This document shows, one piece after another, positions 1-8,149 of a stretch of 28,050 nt of DNA (position 1 is the stretch's first letter; each line of letters starts with the position of its first letter). The DNA is from Candidatus Bipolaricaulia bacterium (GTDB lineage Bacteria; Bipolaricaulota; Bipolaricaulia; RBG-16-55-9), in contig JBDGQO010000034.1 in NCBI GenBank assembly GCA_042219045.1, positions 15,011-43,060 on the forward strand, written 5' to 3'. Position numbers and translations under genes: made by a program. The notes under the pieces are model-generated. The model searched no databases, had not been told where the DNA came from, and saw nothing but the letters and a program-made list of their open reading frames with translations.

Positions 1-107
1 ACCTCCAGGTCAAACTCGGTCAGCTCCGGCTCGCCGCTTAGCGAGCCACATCCAGCCAATAACAACAAGACCATCGCCAGGCTGGTCAGTTCAAGCAAAC
101 GCCGCAT
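1..107 (-). CDS. Lipoprotein, N-terminal part only (runs off window)
   Basis: Manual translation from ATG at 107: MRRLLELTSLAMVLLLLAGCGSLSGEPELTEFDLE; basic n-region, hydrophobic core and LAGC lipobox. Confidence 0.75.
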   Translation of the reverse strand, partial: MRRLLELTSLAMVLLLLAGCGSLSGEPELTEFDLE

Positions 108-174
108 CGGCGCCCATGATAGAGCATCATGAATGACAAGGCATCCAGACGATCCAAGATCGATCCTGGCGTTG

Positions 175-954
175 TCACTCGTCGTCTGGACCGTCGTCGA
201 CCCGTTTGTGTTCGCGCGAGACCGGCTCGTAGGTGAAGCCGCTGATGATCGAGGAGATCGTGACCTTGCGGCGGATGAGCTCGTACCAGACGACGAGGTA
301 GATGTGCACGGCGGCAAAAAGCAGGATCAGCCAGGTGAGCACGCGGTGGATCCAGCGGGCCTGCTCGATGACGTCACCGCCGAACAGGTTGCCGAGCCAG
401 CCGAACCCGAGGTTCCAGAAGCCGACGTACTGGCCCGAGCTGACCAGGAACAGCCCCGTGACGGCGATGGCGATCGCCATGGCGTAGAAGCCGGCGTAGG
501 CGATGCCCTGCAGCGCGTTGTAGCCGGCGCCGTGCGGATGCTCACGCCGAATGAACGTGTAGAAGAGCAGGCTTTCGTAGAAGTTGCGCCAGCGCTCGCG
601 GCTGAGCGGGATCAGGTAGCGCCAGCTCGCCACCGGCGGGCCCACGAACGCGAGCGCGATCCGTGCCAACACACAGGCGATGATCACCACCGACGCAAGG
701 ATGTGAATCTTGCGGTTGATATCAAGGAACGCTTCCGCTTGGGGGTCGACCGCACCCAGGGGAAACGTGCGGCTGAGCAGGAAGCCCGTCCCCGCCAAGA
801 CGAAGACGCAGACGACGTTGATCCAGTGAATTGCCCGGATGGAGGCGGGCAAAAACTCCTCGGCGACGTAGTAGGTGCGGTCTGACGAGCGCGATGGGTC
901 CTCGGGCTGGTCGGCCCCAACGGGGGTCGTATCGCTCGAGACTCCGCTCATCAT
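175..954 (-). CDS. Di-heme b-type cytochrome, Ni/Fe-hydrogenase cytochrome b (HydC/FdnI-like) family
   Basis: Four predicted TM helices with heme-ligand His residues (AIHWIN, KIHILA, WIHRVL, AVHIY) and a GYNALQ motif; 4-bp ATGA overlap with the upstream multiheme gene. Confidence 0.9.
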   Translation of the reverse strand: MMSGVSSDTTPVGADQPEDPSRSSDRTYYVAEEFLPASIRAIHWINVVCVFVLAGTGFLLSRTFPLGAVDPQAEAFLDINRKIHILASVVIIACVLARIALAFVGPPVASWRYLIPLSRERWRNFYESLLFYTFIRREHPHGAGYNALQGIAYAGFYAMAIAIAVTGLFLVSSGQYVGFWNLGFGWLGNLFGGDVIEQARWIHRVLTWLILLFAAVHIYLVVWYELIRRKVTISSIISGFTYEPVSREHKRVDDGPDDE

Positions 955-2240
955 CCGGCCTCCCCATCGTCATCCCGAGTCGTTTCATCGCCTTGCACTG
1001 CGTCATGATCGGCATCGGTTGGCGCCGGTTCCGCCTGCTGGTTTCCTTGCTTAACCCAGCGCCGCGGACGGCCCCAGATCGAGGACGCCGCCAGATGAAC
1101 GACCAGCCCAACCGCCAGCAGCCCGAAGGCCCAGCCCGCGTACTGATCGACCTGACTGAAGGTGAGCAGCGGCCCGGCCTCGTCGACCGGGTGCGGGGTC
1201 AGGCTGACGATGTCGGCCGAGGCACGCGTGTGGCACCTCCGGCATGTCTTCAGAATCTCCTCCTCGGGGTAGGCCGTGGCGGCTTGGCCGACCGAAGGCG
1301 TGGCGTGCTCGCCATGGCAGTCGGCACAGGTGGCGACGTCGGGGTAGCCGAGCTTGGCCATCTGGCCGTGATAGGTCTTCAAATACGCTTGGTACTGGGC
1401 TTGGTGACAGGATCCGCACGCGTCCAGGGCCGCGAGCTCGAACGACGACGCGCGCGCGTTGGCGACGCCGTGGGTGCGGTGGCAGTCCGTGCACAGTGGG
1501 GCGTTCTCGTTGCCCCGCTCGCGCTGCTTGGCGTGGACGCTTCGCCGATAATCATCGATGACGCCCTGGTGACAGTTCCCGCACGTCTCCATGACGTTGC
1601 TGGGATGGATTTTCGACTTCGGATTGGAGGACTTAAAGATCAGATGACTGCCGTGGCAGTCGTTACAGTTGGCCGCAAAAAGCAGCCCGCTCTGGGACAA
1701 GCCCTTTCCGTGGACGCCACTCATGTAGCTCTGATAGGCGTCCGGCACGGGGATGTTGTGCTCGGCGGCCAACTGGGCGTCGGCATGACACTGGCCACAG
1801 GTTTTGGGCAGGTTGAACGGAAAGACGCGCGATTGGGGATTGTCGGGGCTCTTGATGTCGTGGGTGCCGTGGCAGTCGGAGCACACGGCCATGCCGTGCT
1901 CCTCGTGGCGCAGCGCCTGGCCGTGGACGCTCTTCTGGTATGTCCGATTGGCGTCCTCGTGGCATCGATCGCAGCTCTGCGGGTCCACGGGCTGCAGGTC
2001 GGCATCGTGGGGCAAGGGCGTCGCGTCGGTGTGACAGAAGGCACAGGTGAGCCGGCTGTGGACGGAGTTCGCCAGCGTCTTCGCGTCCACTGCGGGCGCG
2101 TCGGCTGATGCCGCGTTGTCGGGGCTGTGACACGACATGCACTCGTCGTTCGACCCGGCCCAACCGAGGACGACGCCGAAGGCCAGGATGCCGACCGCGA
2201 TCCCGAGTCCGAGCCCGCATTGACGTCGCATCCGCTTCAC
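951..2240 (-). CDS. Multiheme cytochrome c (11 CxxCH) with signal peptide and C-terminal membrane anchor
   Basis: CMSCH, CAFCH, CDRCH, CSDCH, CGQCH, CNDCH, CGNCH, CTDCH, CGSCH, CADCH, CRRCH; repeated SVH-like distal ligand motifs; hydrophobic C-terminal helix; GGAGG upstream of GTG 2240 (ATG 2231 is an alternative start). Confidence 0.93.
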   Translation of the reverse strand: MKRMRRQCGLGLGIAVGILAFGVVLGWAGSNDECMSCHSPDNAASADAPAVDAKTLANSVHSRLTCAFCHTDATPLPHDADLQPVDPQSCDRCHEDANRTYQKSVHGQALRHEEHGMAVCSDCHGTHDIKSPDNPQSRVFPFNLPKTCGQCHADAQLAAEHNIPVPDAYQSYMSGVHGKGLSQSGLLFAANCNDCHGSHLIFKSSNPKSKIHPSNVMETCGNCHQGVIDDYRRSVHAKQRERGNENAPLCTDCHRTHGVANARASSFELAALDACGSCHQAQYQAYLKTYHGQMAKLGYPDVATCADCHGEHATPSVGQAATAYPEEEILKTCRRCHTRASADIVSLTPHPVDEAGPLLTFSQVDQYAGWAFGLLAVGLVVHLAASSIWGRPRRWVKQGNQQAEPAPTDADHDAVQGDETTRDDDGEAG

Positions 2241-2305
2241 CTGCTTTCCGCCTCCAGCCTAAGAGCCGGGAATGCGTTCGCCCATGATCCCTAACGGCTG
2301 CAAAC

Positions 2306-2319
2306 CTGATCCGTATCAA
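2306..2319 (-). promoter_or_regulatory. FNR/CRP-like box upstream of the 11-heme cytochrome gene
   Basis: Minus strand TTGAT-ACGG-ATCAG, one mismatch from the FNR consensus TTGAT-N4-ATCAA; no clear -10 box at the usual spacing. Confidence 0.55.
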
Positions 2320-2390
2320 GCGGCTCAGTGCACGACGACGCCCGGCCTGATACGGCGCGTGGTGAGACCTGATCGGGCGCAGCTTTCCGA

Positions 2391-2433
2391 ATGAGCACGA
2401 TCATCGCGACCGCTAGAAGCGAACGCCCACAAT
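2391..2433 (+). promoter_or_regulatory. FNR/CRP-like box plus -10 element for tri-heme cytochrome 1
   Basis: ATGAG-CACG-ATCAT (2391-2404), then 23 nt, then CACAAT (2428-2433). Confidence 0.55.
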
Positions 2434-2467
2434 GTCGGCGCAGAGCCGAATGTGAGGAGGAGAAGGG

Positions 2468-3025
2468 ATGTTGCGAAAGAGCCTCACGTGCAGCGCCGTG
2501 CTCGGATTGATCTTGGCGATCGGCATGGGATTGGTCGTCCATACGCAGGACACCGAGATCCCGGCAATCCCGGGCATCACCGCCGAAGACACCCATCCAA
2601 ACGGCTGCGTGGATTGCCACCGCACCACCGAGGACGGCCGGGATTACCGCCTCTCCACCGCCATTGCCGAATGGGCAAGCACGGGCGTGCCGGAGACGGT
2701 GCTGGAGCGGGCGAAGGCTGCCTGGCCGGAAGCCTTTCTGGAGGGCAAGCATCCGGCGGTTTCGAGGTTTGTTGCCAATCGCTCCCTACCGCAGGCCTGT
2801 GTCAACTGTCACAAGCCTGAGAGCGGCCTCCCGCTCAAGCGGTTGATTCACACGCTCCACTATGCCGGCGGTGGCGAGAACCACTTCGTCAGCAGCTACG
2901 ACGGCCGCTGTCTCCAATGCCACAAGATGAACGCCGACATCACCTTCCCCTATCCGCCCACGGGCGAGATCGGGATCAAGTCGGGGACGGAACAATCGAG
3001 CCATGACACCGATGCGAACGAATGA
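2468..3025 (+). CDS. Secreted tri-heme cytochrome c (paralog 1)
   Basis: Signal peptide; CVDCH, CVNCH, CLQCH; strong SD GAGGAGGAG upstream. Confidence 0.88.
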   Translation: MLRKSLTCSAVLGLILAIGMGLVVHTQDTEIPAIPGITAEDTHPNGCVDCHRTTEDGRDYRLSTAIAEWASTGVPETVLERAKAAWPEAFLEGKHPAVSRFVANRSLPQACVNCHKPESGLPLKRLIHTLHYAGGGENHFVSSYDGRCLQCHKMNADITFPYPPTGEIGIKSGTEQSSHDTDANE

Positions 3026-3134
3026 ACGCCGCGGTCGAACGCCATCGCGGCCAGGCCCGGAACCGCGCCCCGACGGGGCCCGCGTCTCCCGGCTGTGGCC
3101 CGGTGGCGCGGTTGACGATCCACCATGTCGCCGA

Positions 3135-3198
3135 ATGATCATCGTCAATTGGCAACATGAGCGTCATCATGGCGACGCGTTGCCCATTAAACGATAAT
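3135..3198 (+). promoter_or_regulatory. Tandem FNR/CRP-like boxes plus -10 element for tri-heme cytochrome 2
   Basis: ATGAT-CATC-GTCAA (3135-3148) and ATGAG-CGTC-ATCAT (3157-3170), 22 bp apart; then 22 nt to GATAAT (3193-3198). Confidence 0.62.
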
Positions 3199-3236
3199 AC
3201 GATCATGATCTCATCTATGAAAGGAGGTCCGCGACG

Positions 3237-3800
3237 ATGCTGAAACGAGGCCTGGCCCTCAGCTTGGTGTTAGCCCTGGTCCTAGCGATCGGCAGCGGCA
3301 TCGCCGTCTACACACAGGAAGAAGAGGTGCCCGCGATTCCGGGCATCACCTCCAAGGACAGCCATCCCAACGGCTGTGTCGACTGCCATCGCGTTGCGGG
3401 GGAGAACCGGGATTACCGGATGTCGACGGCCATTGAGAAATGGGCCAACAAAGGCGCTCCGGAAGAGGTCAGGAAGGTCGCCGAGGCGTCTTGGCCCGGC
3501 GTTGAGCTGACCGGCAAGCACCCAGCGGTTTCCGGATTCGTGGCAACCCAACCGATGCCGCAATCCTGCTTGACCTGCCACGGCGAGCAGGGCAGCATGC
3601 CGCTTGCTGAAGCCTTGCACAGCTTCCACTTTACCGGCGGCGGCGACAATCACTTCGTCAGCGGCTACGACGGCCGCTGTCTGCAGTGCCACACGCTGAA
3701 CGCCAACACTGACAACCCGCCCACGGGCGCCATCGGCATTAAGTCCGGTACCGAGGGCCAACAACAGACGGAGTCTGAGGAAAGCGGCGAAGGCGAGTAA
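3237..3800 (+). CDS. Secreted tri-heme cytochrome c (paralog 2)
   Basis: Signal peptide; CVDCH, CLTCH, CLQCH; colinear with paralog 1 (shared PAIPGIT, HPNGCVDCHR, GKHPAVS, NHFVSxYDGRCLQCH, PPTGxIGIKSGTE); SD AAGGAGG. Confidence 0.88.
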   Translation: MLKRGLALSLVLALVLAIGSGIAVYTQEEEVPAIPGITSKDSHPNGCVDCHRVAGENRDYRMSTAIEKWANKGAPEEVRKVAEASWPGVELTGKHPAVSGFVATQPMPQSCLTCHGEQGSMPLAEALHSFHFTGGGDNHFVSGYDGRCLQCHTLNANTDNPPTGAIGIKSGTEGQQQTESEESGEGE

Positions 3801-3834
3801 CGCGCTTTCACCAATTCACCCCGACGTTCCGCAG

Positions 3835-3878
3835 GCGAGCCGGGCGGTCGAATGACCGTCCGGCTTGCGCTCTTTTTT
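3835..3878 (+). terminator. Rho-independent terminator
   Basis: GCGAGCCGGGCGGTC-GAAT-GACCGTCCGGCTTGC stem (two G-U pairs) followed by a T6 tract, 35 nt after the cytochrome stop. Confidence 0.8.
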
Positions 3879-3962
3879 ACGCCTGCCTGGATCGTTAGTC
3901 TCCTCATCTAAACAGAGTTATTCAGCCCGTCGCATAGCACCCGCCCTCCTCTCGCTTTAGCA

Positions 3963-3990
3963 TTGACCCGTCGGCGCTAGCGAATATCAT
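3963..3990 (+). promoter_or_regulatory. Sigma70-type promoter for mobA
   Basis: TTGACC (3963-3968), 16-nt spacer, TATCAT (3985-3990); GTG 3998 follows 7 nt later. Confidence 0.55.
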
Positions 3991-3997
3991 TCCGATC

Positions 3998-4672
3998 GTG
4001 CCGGAGGCGCCGAGCGTCCGTTGGGCCATCATGACTGAACATTCGAGCGTGGCCGCATTGGTGCTCGCGGGCGGATCCTCCCGCCGCATGCACGCGGACA
4101 AGCGCACGCTATCGCTCGACGACAAATCTTTCCTCAACCGAGCCATCGCCACGGCTCGGTCGGTCACCGACGACGTCTGGCTCTTGGTCAGCTCCCACGG
4201 CGAGTATCGTCGCCTCGAAGGGGAGTTGGTCGAGAGCGTCAATGTGGCCGTCGATCGCATACCGAACGCCGGACCCATGAGCGCGCTGGCGGGCGTGTTG
4301 CCCCATCTTCGTACGGAGCTGACCCTGTTGTTGGCGGTAGACTATCCGCTACTGACGCCCGCGTTCCTGCACGGACTGATCGCTCGCTACGAATCGCAAG
4401 ACCCACGTCCGAGCGTCATCGTGCCTCAATCCCGGGGGAAATGGCACGTGACGTGCGCGCTCTATGCCACGTCGCTGGGGCCGTCGCTCGTGCGGGAGGT
4501 GGACCGAGGCGAGCGGTCGCTGTGGCGCTGGACCTCGTCCCTGCCAGAAGCTGAGATCAAGGTCATCGACGAAGCCACGTGGCGCGAATGGGCCGCGCAC
4601 GACGTCCTGACCAACGTCAACACGCCGGCCGAATATTGCCGTCTTCACCGACGATACTTCCGGGCCGACTGA
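3998..4672 (+). CDS. mobA: Molybdenum cofactor guanylyltransferase
   Basis: LVLAGGSSRRMHADK nucleotide-binding motif, GPMSAL, AVDYPLL, NVNTPAEY; start is either GTG 3998 or ATG 4031. Confidence 0.88.
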   Translation: MPEAPSVRWAIMTEHSSVAALVLAGGSSRRMHADKRTLSLDDKSFLNRAIATARSVTDDVWLLVSSHGEYRRLEGELVESVNVAVDRIPNAGPMSALAGVLPHLRTELTLLLAVDYPLLTPAFLHGLIARYESQDPRPSVIVPQSRGKWHVTCALYATSLGPSLVREVDRGERSLWRWTSSLPEAEIKVIDEATWREWAAHDVLTNVNTPAEYCRLHRRYFRAD

Positions 4673-4766
4673 GCAACCTCGCGGATTCGATGCGTTGGAG
4701 CAAGGAGGGAGCCGGATCTAATCCGGTAGGCGGACGGTCGCTTTCGGGGACTGCTCAACGGAAAGA

Positions 4767-4811
4767 GCCCACGCGCCTCGCGAATCTCATCGCTGGCTAA
4801 GGCGCGTGGGC
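4767..4811. terminator. Inverted repeat between convergent mobA and tetraheme cytochrome genes (possible terminator)
   Basis: Perfect 12-bp inverted repeat GCCCACGCGCCT / AGGCGCGTGGGC with a 21-nt loop; CTCTTTCC follows on the minus strand. Confidence 0.4.
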
Positions 4812-4840
4812 CGCTGGCGCATGGGGCATGGGCCGTGCCG

Positions 4841-5257
4841 TCATTGGGACGTTGATTGCGACTGCTGCTTCTGGTGGCATTCGATGCAGAAGCTGGCCGG
4901 CTCATCGCCGCTAAACGGCACTTCACCCGTCATGTGGCAGGTCGCGCAGAATTGGCCTCCCTGTTGCTCGGCGTCGACGCCGTGCGTCGCGTTCTTGCCG
5001 TTGTGCTCGAGCCGGTGGCAGGAGGCGCAGTCGCTCGACGTCCAGTCCGGATTGATCTGGTGCGGCGCCGCGGGCGGCTTCGCAACCACAGGCTGATCCT
5101 TGTTGAAGGCGATGTGCAAGTTGGCGTGGCACGAGACGCAGAAGGACGACTGCTTCGTCGGGGGCCCATCCTGGGCTAAAGCCACGAGCGCCACGCTACC
5201 GAGCAGCAGGAGTGCGACGGCGGCTGGGGCGAGTAGCTTGCGACTCATCTGTGTCAC
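4841..5257 (-). CDS. Small secreted tetraheme cytochrome c
   Basis: Signal peptide ending ALA-Q; CVSCH, CASCH, CATCH, CIECH; SD AAGGAGG; ATG 5248 is an alternative start. Confidence 0.88.
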   Translation of the reverse strand: MTQMSRKLLAPAAVALLLLGSVALVALAQDGPPTKQSSFCVSCHANLHIAFNKDQPVVAKPPAAPHQINPDWTSSDCASCHRLEHNGKNATHGVDAEQQGGQFCATCHMTGEVPFSGDEPASFCIECHQKQQSQSTSQ

Positions 5258-5290
5258 CTCCTTTGCCTGTCCGAGTGGCGACTGTTATCG

Positions 5291-5354
5291 ATTATAGATG
5301 TCATCATCCACTACTCGTATGATGTCGATCAAATCGGGCACTGATATGCGTCAC
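5291..5354 (-). promoter_or_regulatory. Tandem FNR/CRP-like boxes plus consensus -10 for the tetraheme cytochrome
   Basis: Minus strand TTGAT-CGAC-ATCAT (5332-5319), then 22 nt, then perfect TATAAT (5296-5291); second box GTGAC-GCAT-ATCAG (5354-5341) 22 bp further upstream. Confidence 0.7.
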
Positions 5355-5524
5355 AGAACGACGAGGGCCGCTTGAAGTCCCGGCTTCGGAGACTCAAGGG
5401 ATCCGTGCCGCAGACCAGGGTCTGGACTCCGATCGACGGACGGCTGTGATTGCCCGGACGGCCGGAAACTTGGACAATGGCCGTCGCGGCTCATTTGCGG
5501 AGAACCCGCGACAAGGAGGAAGTC

Positions 5525-6355
5525 ATGCTCAGCATGATCGAAAACGCGACGCGGATCGTTGGGCTGTTGATTGCCGCGTCAGCCCTTTTTGCTGCGTCGA
5601 CCGCGCCATCGACGCTGGCCCAATCGGACGAGGACGGACTGACGATTGCCGTGGCTGCCAACTTCACGCGCCCCATGGAGCAGCTGGCCGACCGCTTTGG
5701 GGCCGAGACGGATCGGGCCACCACGCTCGTCGACGGCTCCACGGGAGCGCTCTTCACCCAGATCTCCAACGGGGCGCCGTTCGACGTCTTCTTTGCCGCC
5801 GACGTGGAGCGCCCCAGGCGTCTTCAGGACGAGGGCCGCATCGTCGAGGGGAGTCGGTTCACCTACGCCATCGGCCAGCCCGTCCTCTGGAGCCCGGCGG
5901 ATGACGTCGTCGACCCATCCGGGAACGTGTTGGAGACCGGCAATTTCCGCCGCATCGCCCTGGCCGACCCGGAACTTGCGCCCTATGGCGAGGCGGCGCG
6001 TCAGGTGATGATCGCGCGCGGCGTCTGGGACGAGCTCCAATCTCAACACAAGGTCGTTTTCGGCCGCAACGTCAATCAAGCTCATCAGTTCGTGCGAAGC
6101 GGCAACGCGGAGCTCGGATTCGTTGCGCTCTCGCAGGTGATCGCTCCCGACTCGGGCAAGATTAAAGGTTCGCACTGGCGGCCTCCGCAGTCTCAGCACG
6201 ATCCGGTCGAGCAGCAGGCCGTGATCCTCAAGCGGACGGATCAACGGGCGCTCGCGCAATCGTTCGTGGAGTTTGTCCGCAGCGAGGCCGGCGCCGAGGT
6301 TATGGAACCGTTCGGCTACGCTGTGCCCGAGGCCGGCGACGCCTCGTCCGACTGA
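5525..6355 (+). CDS. modA: Molybdate ABC transporter substrate-binding protein
   Basis: AVAANF, GSTGALFTQISNGAPFDVFFAAD, APYGEAA, AELGFVALSQ; SD AGGAGGA before ATG 5525. Confidence 0.93.
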   Translation: MLSMIENATRIVGLLIAASALFAASTAPSTLAQSDEDGLTIAVAANFTRPMEQLADRFGAETDRATTLVDGSTGALFTQISNGAPFDVFFAADVERPRRLQDEGRIVEGSRFTYAIGQPVLWSPADDVVDPSGNVLETGNFRRIALADPELAPYGEAARQVMIARGVWDELQSQHKVVFGRNVNQAHQFVRSGNAELGFVALSQVIAPDSGKIKGSHWRPPQSQHDPVEQQAVILKRTDQRALAQSFVEFVRSEAGAEVMEPFGYAVPEAGDASSD

Positions 6356-6362
6356 TCCGGCC

Positions 6363-7043
6363 ATGCTCGCCGAGGCCGACCTGCAAGCGGTCTGGATCAC
6401 GCTCAAGCTCGCGCTCATCACCACGGGCGTCTTGGTCGTGGTTGGGACGCCACTCGCCTGGTGGCTGGCACGAACATGCCGAGCGTACAAGACCGTCATC
6501 GAAGCCGTCGTCGCGCTGCCGCTCGTGCTGCCGCCAACGGTGCTGGGGTTCTATCTGTTGATCGCGCTCGGCCCTCGGGGACCGATCGGCGGGGCGTTGG
6601 AGGCCCTCGGCGTCGGGCCGCTCGTGTTCTCGTTTCCGGGGCTCGTGGTCGGCTCGGTGGTCTACTCCCTGCCGTTCATGGTCCAGCCGCTGCAGGTGGC
6701 CTTCGGCTCCATCGGGACGCTTCCCCTGGAAGCGGCGGCGACGCTGCGCGCCTCGCCCCTGGATCGGTTTTTCACGGTGGCCGTTCCGCTGGCGCGACGG
6801 GGATTCTTAATGGGAGCCACGCTCAGCTTTGCCCACACCATTGGAGAATTCGGCGTCGTCTTGATGATCGGCGGCAGCATTCCGGGCCGCACCCAAGTGC
6901 TGTCGGTGGCGATCTACAACCACGTCGAGGCACTGGAGTATGCGCGCGCCCACGTCCTGGCGGGCGGCCTGCTGATCTTTTCCCTGTTGTTGTTGGTGGC
7001 GATCTACTCGATATCGCGCCGCTTCGGGCTCTGGCGCGTATGA
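6363..7043 (+). CDS. modB: Molybdate ABC transporter permease
   Basis: LPLVLPPTVLGFYLL, EAAATL loop, FAHTIGEFGVVLMIGGSIPG; start moved to ATG 6363. Confidence 0.95.
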   Translation: MLAEADLQAVWITLKLALITTGVLVVVGTPLAWWLARTCRAYKTVIEAVVALPLVLPPTVLGFYLLIALGPRGPIGGALEALGVGPLVFSFPGLVVGSVVYSLPFMVQPLQVAFGSIGTLPLEAAATLRASPLDRFFTVAVPLARRGFLMGATLSFAHTIGEFGVVLMIGGSIPGRTQVLSVAIYNHVEALEYARAHVLAGGLLIFSLLLLVAIYSISRRFGLWRV

Positions 7044-8125
7044 GCATCGACGCGCGATTTGCGCTACCCTTGGGCAATTTTTCCATCGACATCGACACCT
7101 CGATCGCGTCCGAGGGCGTGACGGCTCTGTTTGGGCCGTCGGGCGCGGGCAAGACGAGCGTGCTGCGCTGCATGGCCGGGTTGGAGCGGGCGCCCCATGG
7201 CAAATTTCGCGTCGACGACGAGGTCTGGCAGGACGAAGCCGAAGGGACCTTCGTGCCGCCGCACCGACGACCGGTCGGCGTCGTCTTCCAGAACGTCGGA
7301 CTGTTCCCGCACTTGACGGTCGAGCAGAACCTCGTCTACGGGCGCAAGCGAGCCCGCCGCACTCGCGGGTCCACGGCCAGCGCCCTCGACGTCGACGACG
7401 CCGGCGAATTGCTGGCGATCCGTCACTTGCTGGGGCGATATCCGGCGCGGCTGTCCGGCGGCGAGGCCCAGCGGGTGGCCATCGCCCGCAGCCTGGTGGC
7501 CGATCCCCGGCTCCTGTTGCTGGACGAGCCGCTGACGGGCCTCGACGCCCAGAGCAAGGCGGAGGTCATGGATTACTTGGAAGGGCTCTTACGCGAGCTG
7601 TCGTTGCCCGTCGTCTACGTCAGCCATTCGCTCGAGGAGGTCGCCCGACTGGCCGATGCGATGGCAATCATGGAGAACGGCCGGATCACCGAAACCGGCG
7701 CGCCACAAGAGCTGCTGGCCCGCCTCGATCTGCCCGCGGCCCATTCCGACGCCGCGGGCGCGGTCCTCGAAACGGAGGTCGAGGGACACGATCTCGACTA
7801 CCGGCTGACGCGCTTGAGCTTTACGGGCGGGCAACTCGTCGTGCCCCATCGGGAGCTCGAGCCTGGCACGCCGGTGCGCGTAAGGGTCCAGGCGCGCGAC
7901 GTCAGCATTGCCCTGCACCAGCCGACGGCGACGAGCATCCTCAACGTCCTTCCGGCCCGGGTCACCGCGCTGGAGCCGGAATCGCCCGGCCAAGTCCTCG
8001 TGCGGTTGGCCGTGGGCGACGCGGCGCTGTTGGCCCGCATCACCCGAAAGTCGGCAGAATCGCTGGACCTGCGGGCGGGGCAGACGGTCTATGCCCAAGT
8101 GAAGAGCGTGGGTCTGATACGATAA
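7040..8125 (+). CDS. modC: Molybdate ABC transporter ATP-binding protein
   Basis: Walker A GPSGAGKT, LSGGE signature, LLLDEP, C-terminal TOBE/Mop domain (SILNVL...VYAQVKSV); ATGA overlap with modB. Confidence 0.95.
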   Translation: MSIDARFALPLGNFSIDIDTSIASEGVTALFGPSGAGKTSVLRCMAGLERAPHGKFRVDDEVWQDEAEGTFVPPHRRPVGVVFQNVGLFPHLTVEQNLVYGRKRARRTRGSTASALDVDDAGELLAIRHLLGRYPARLSGGEAQRVAIARSLVADPRLLLLDEPLTGLDAQSKAEVMDYLEGLLRELSLPVVYVSHSLEEVARLADAMAIMENGRITETGAPQELLARLDLPAAHSDAAGAVLETEVEGHDLDYRLTRLSFTGGQLVVPHRELEPGTPVRVRVQARDVSIALHQPTATSILNVLPARVTALEPESPGQVLVRLAVGDAALLARITRKSAESLDLRAGQTVYAQVKSVGLIR

Positions 8126-8149
8126 GGGAAGGAGGGAGGAACGTCCGCG

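Noticed and set aside
116..130. ATGAT-AGAGC-ATCAT palindrome before the lipoprotein gene
   Set aside because: Spacer is 5 nt rather than 4 and it overlaps the putative -10 box, so it was not counted in the regulon; a repressive site cannot be excluded.
175..954. Hydrogenase or formate dehydrogenase operon implied by the cytochrome b
   Set aside because: No catalytic or Fe-S subunits are adjacent; the gene is coupled to the multiheme cytochrome instead.
831..2108. 425-aa ORF on + strand
   Set aside because: Antisense shadow of the 11-heme cytochrome gene; no motifs; expected in high-GC DNA.
6461..7039. Apparent 193-aa N-terminal extension of ModC
   Set aside because: Overlaps modB in another frame; the real start is ATG 7040 at the ATGA overlap.
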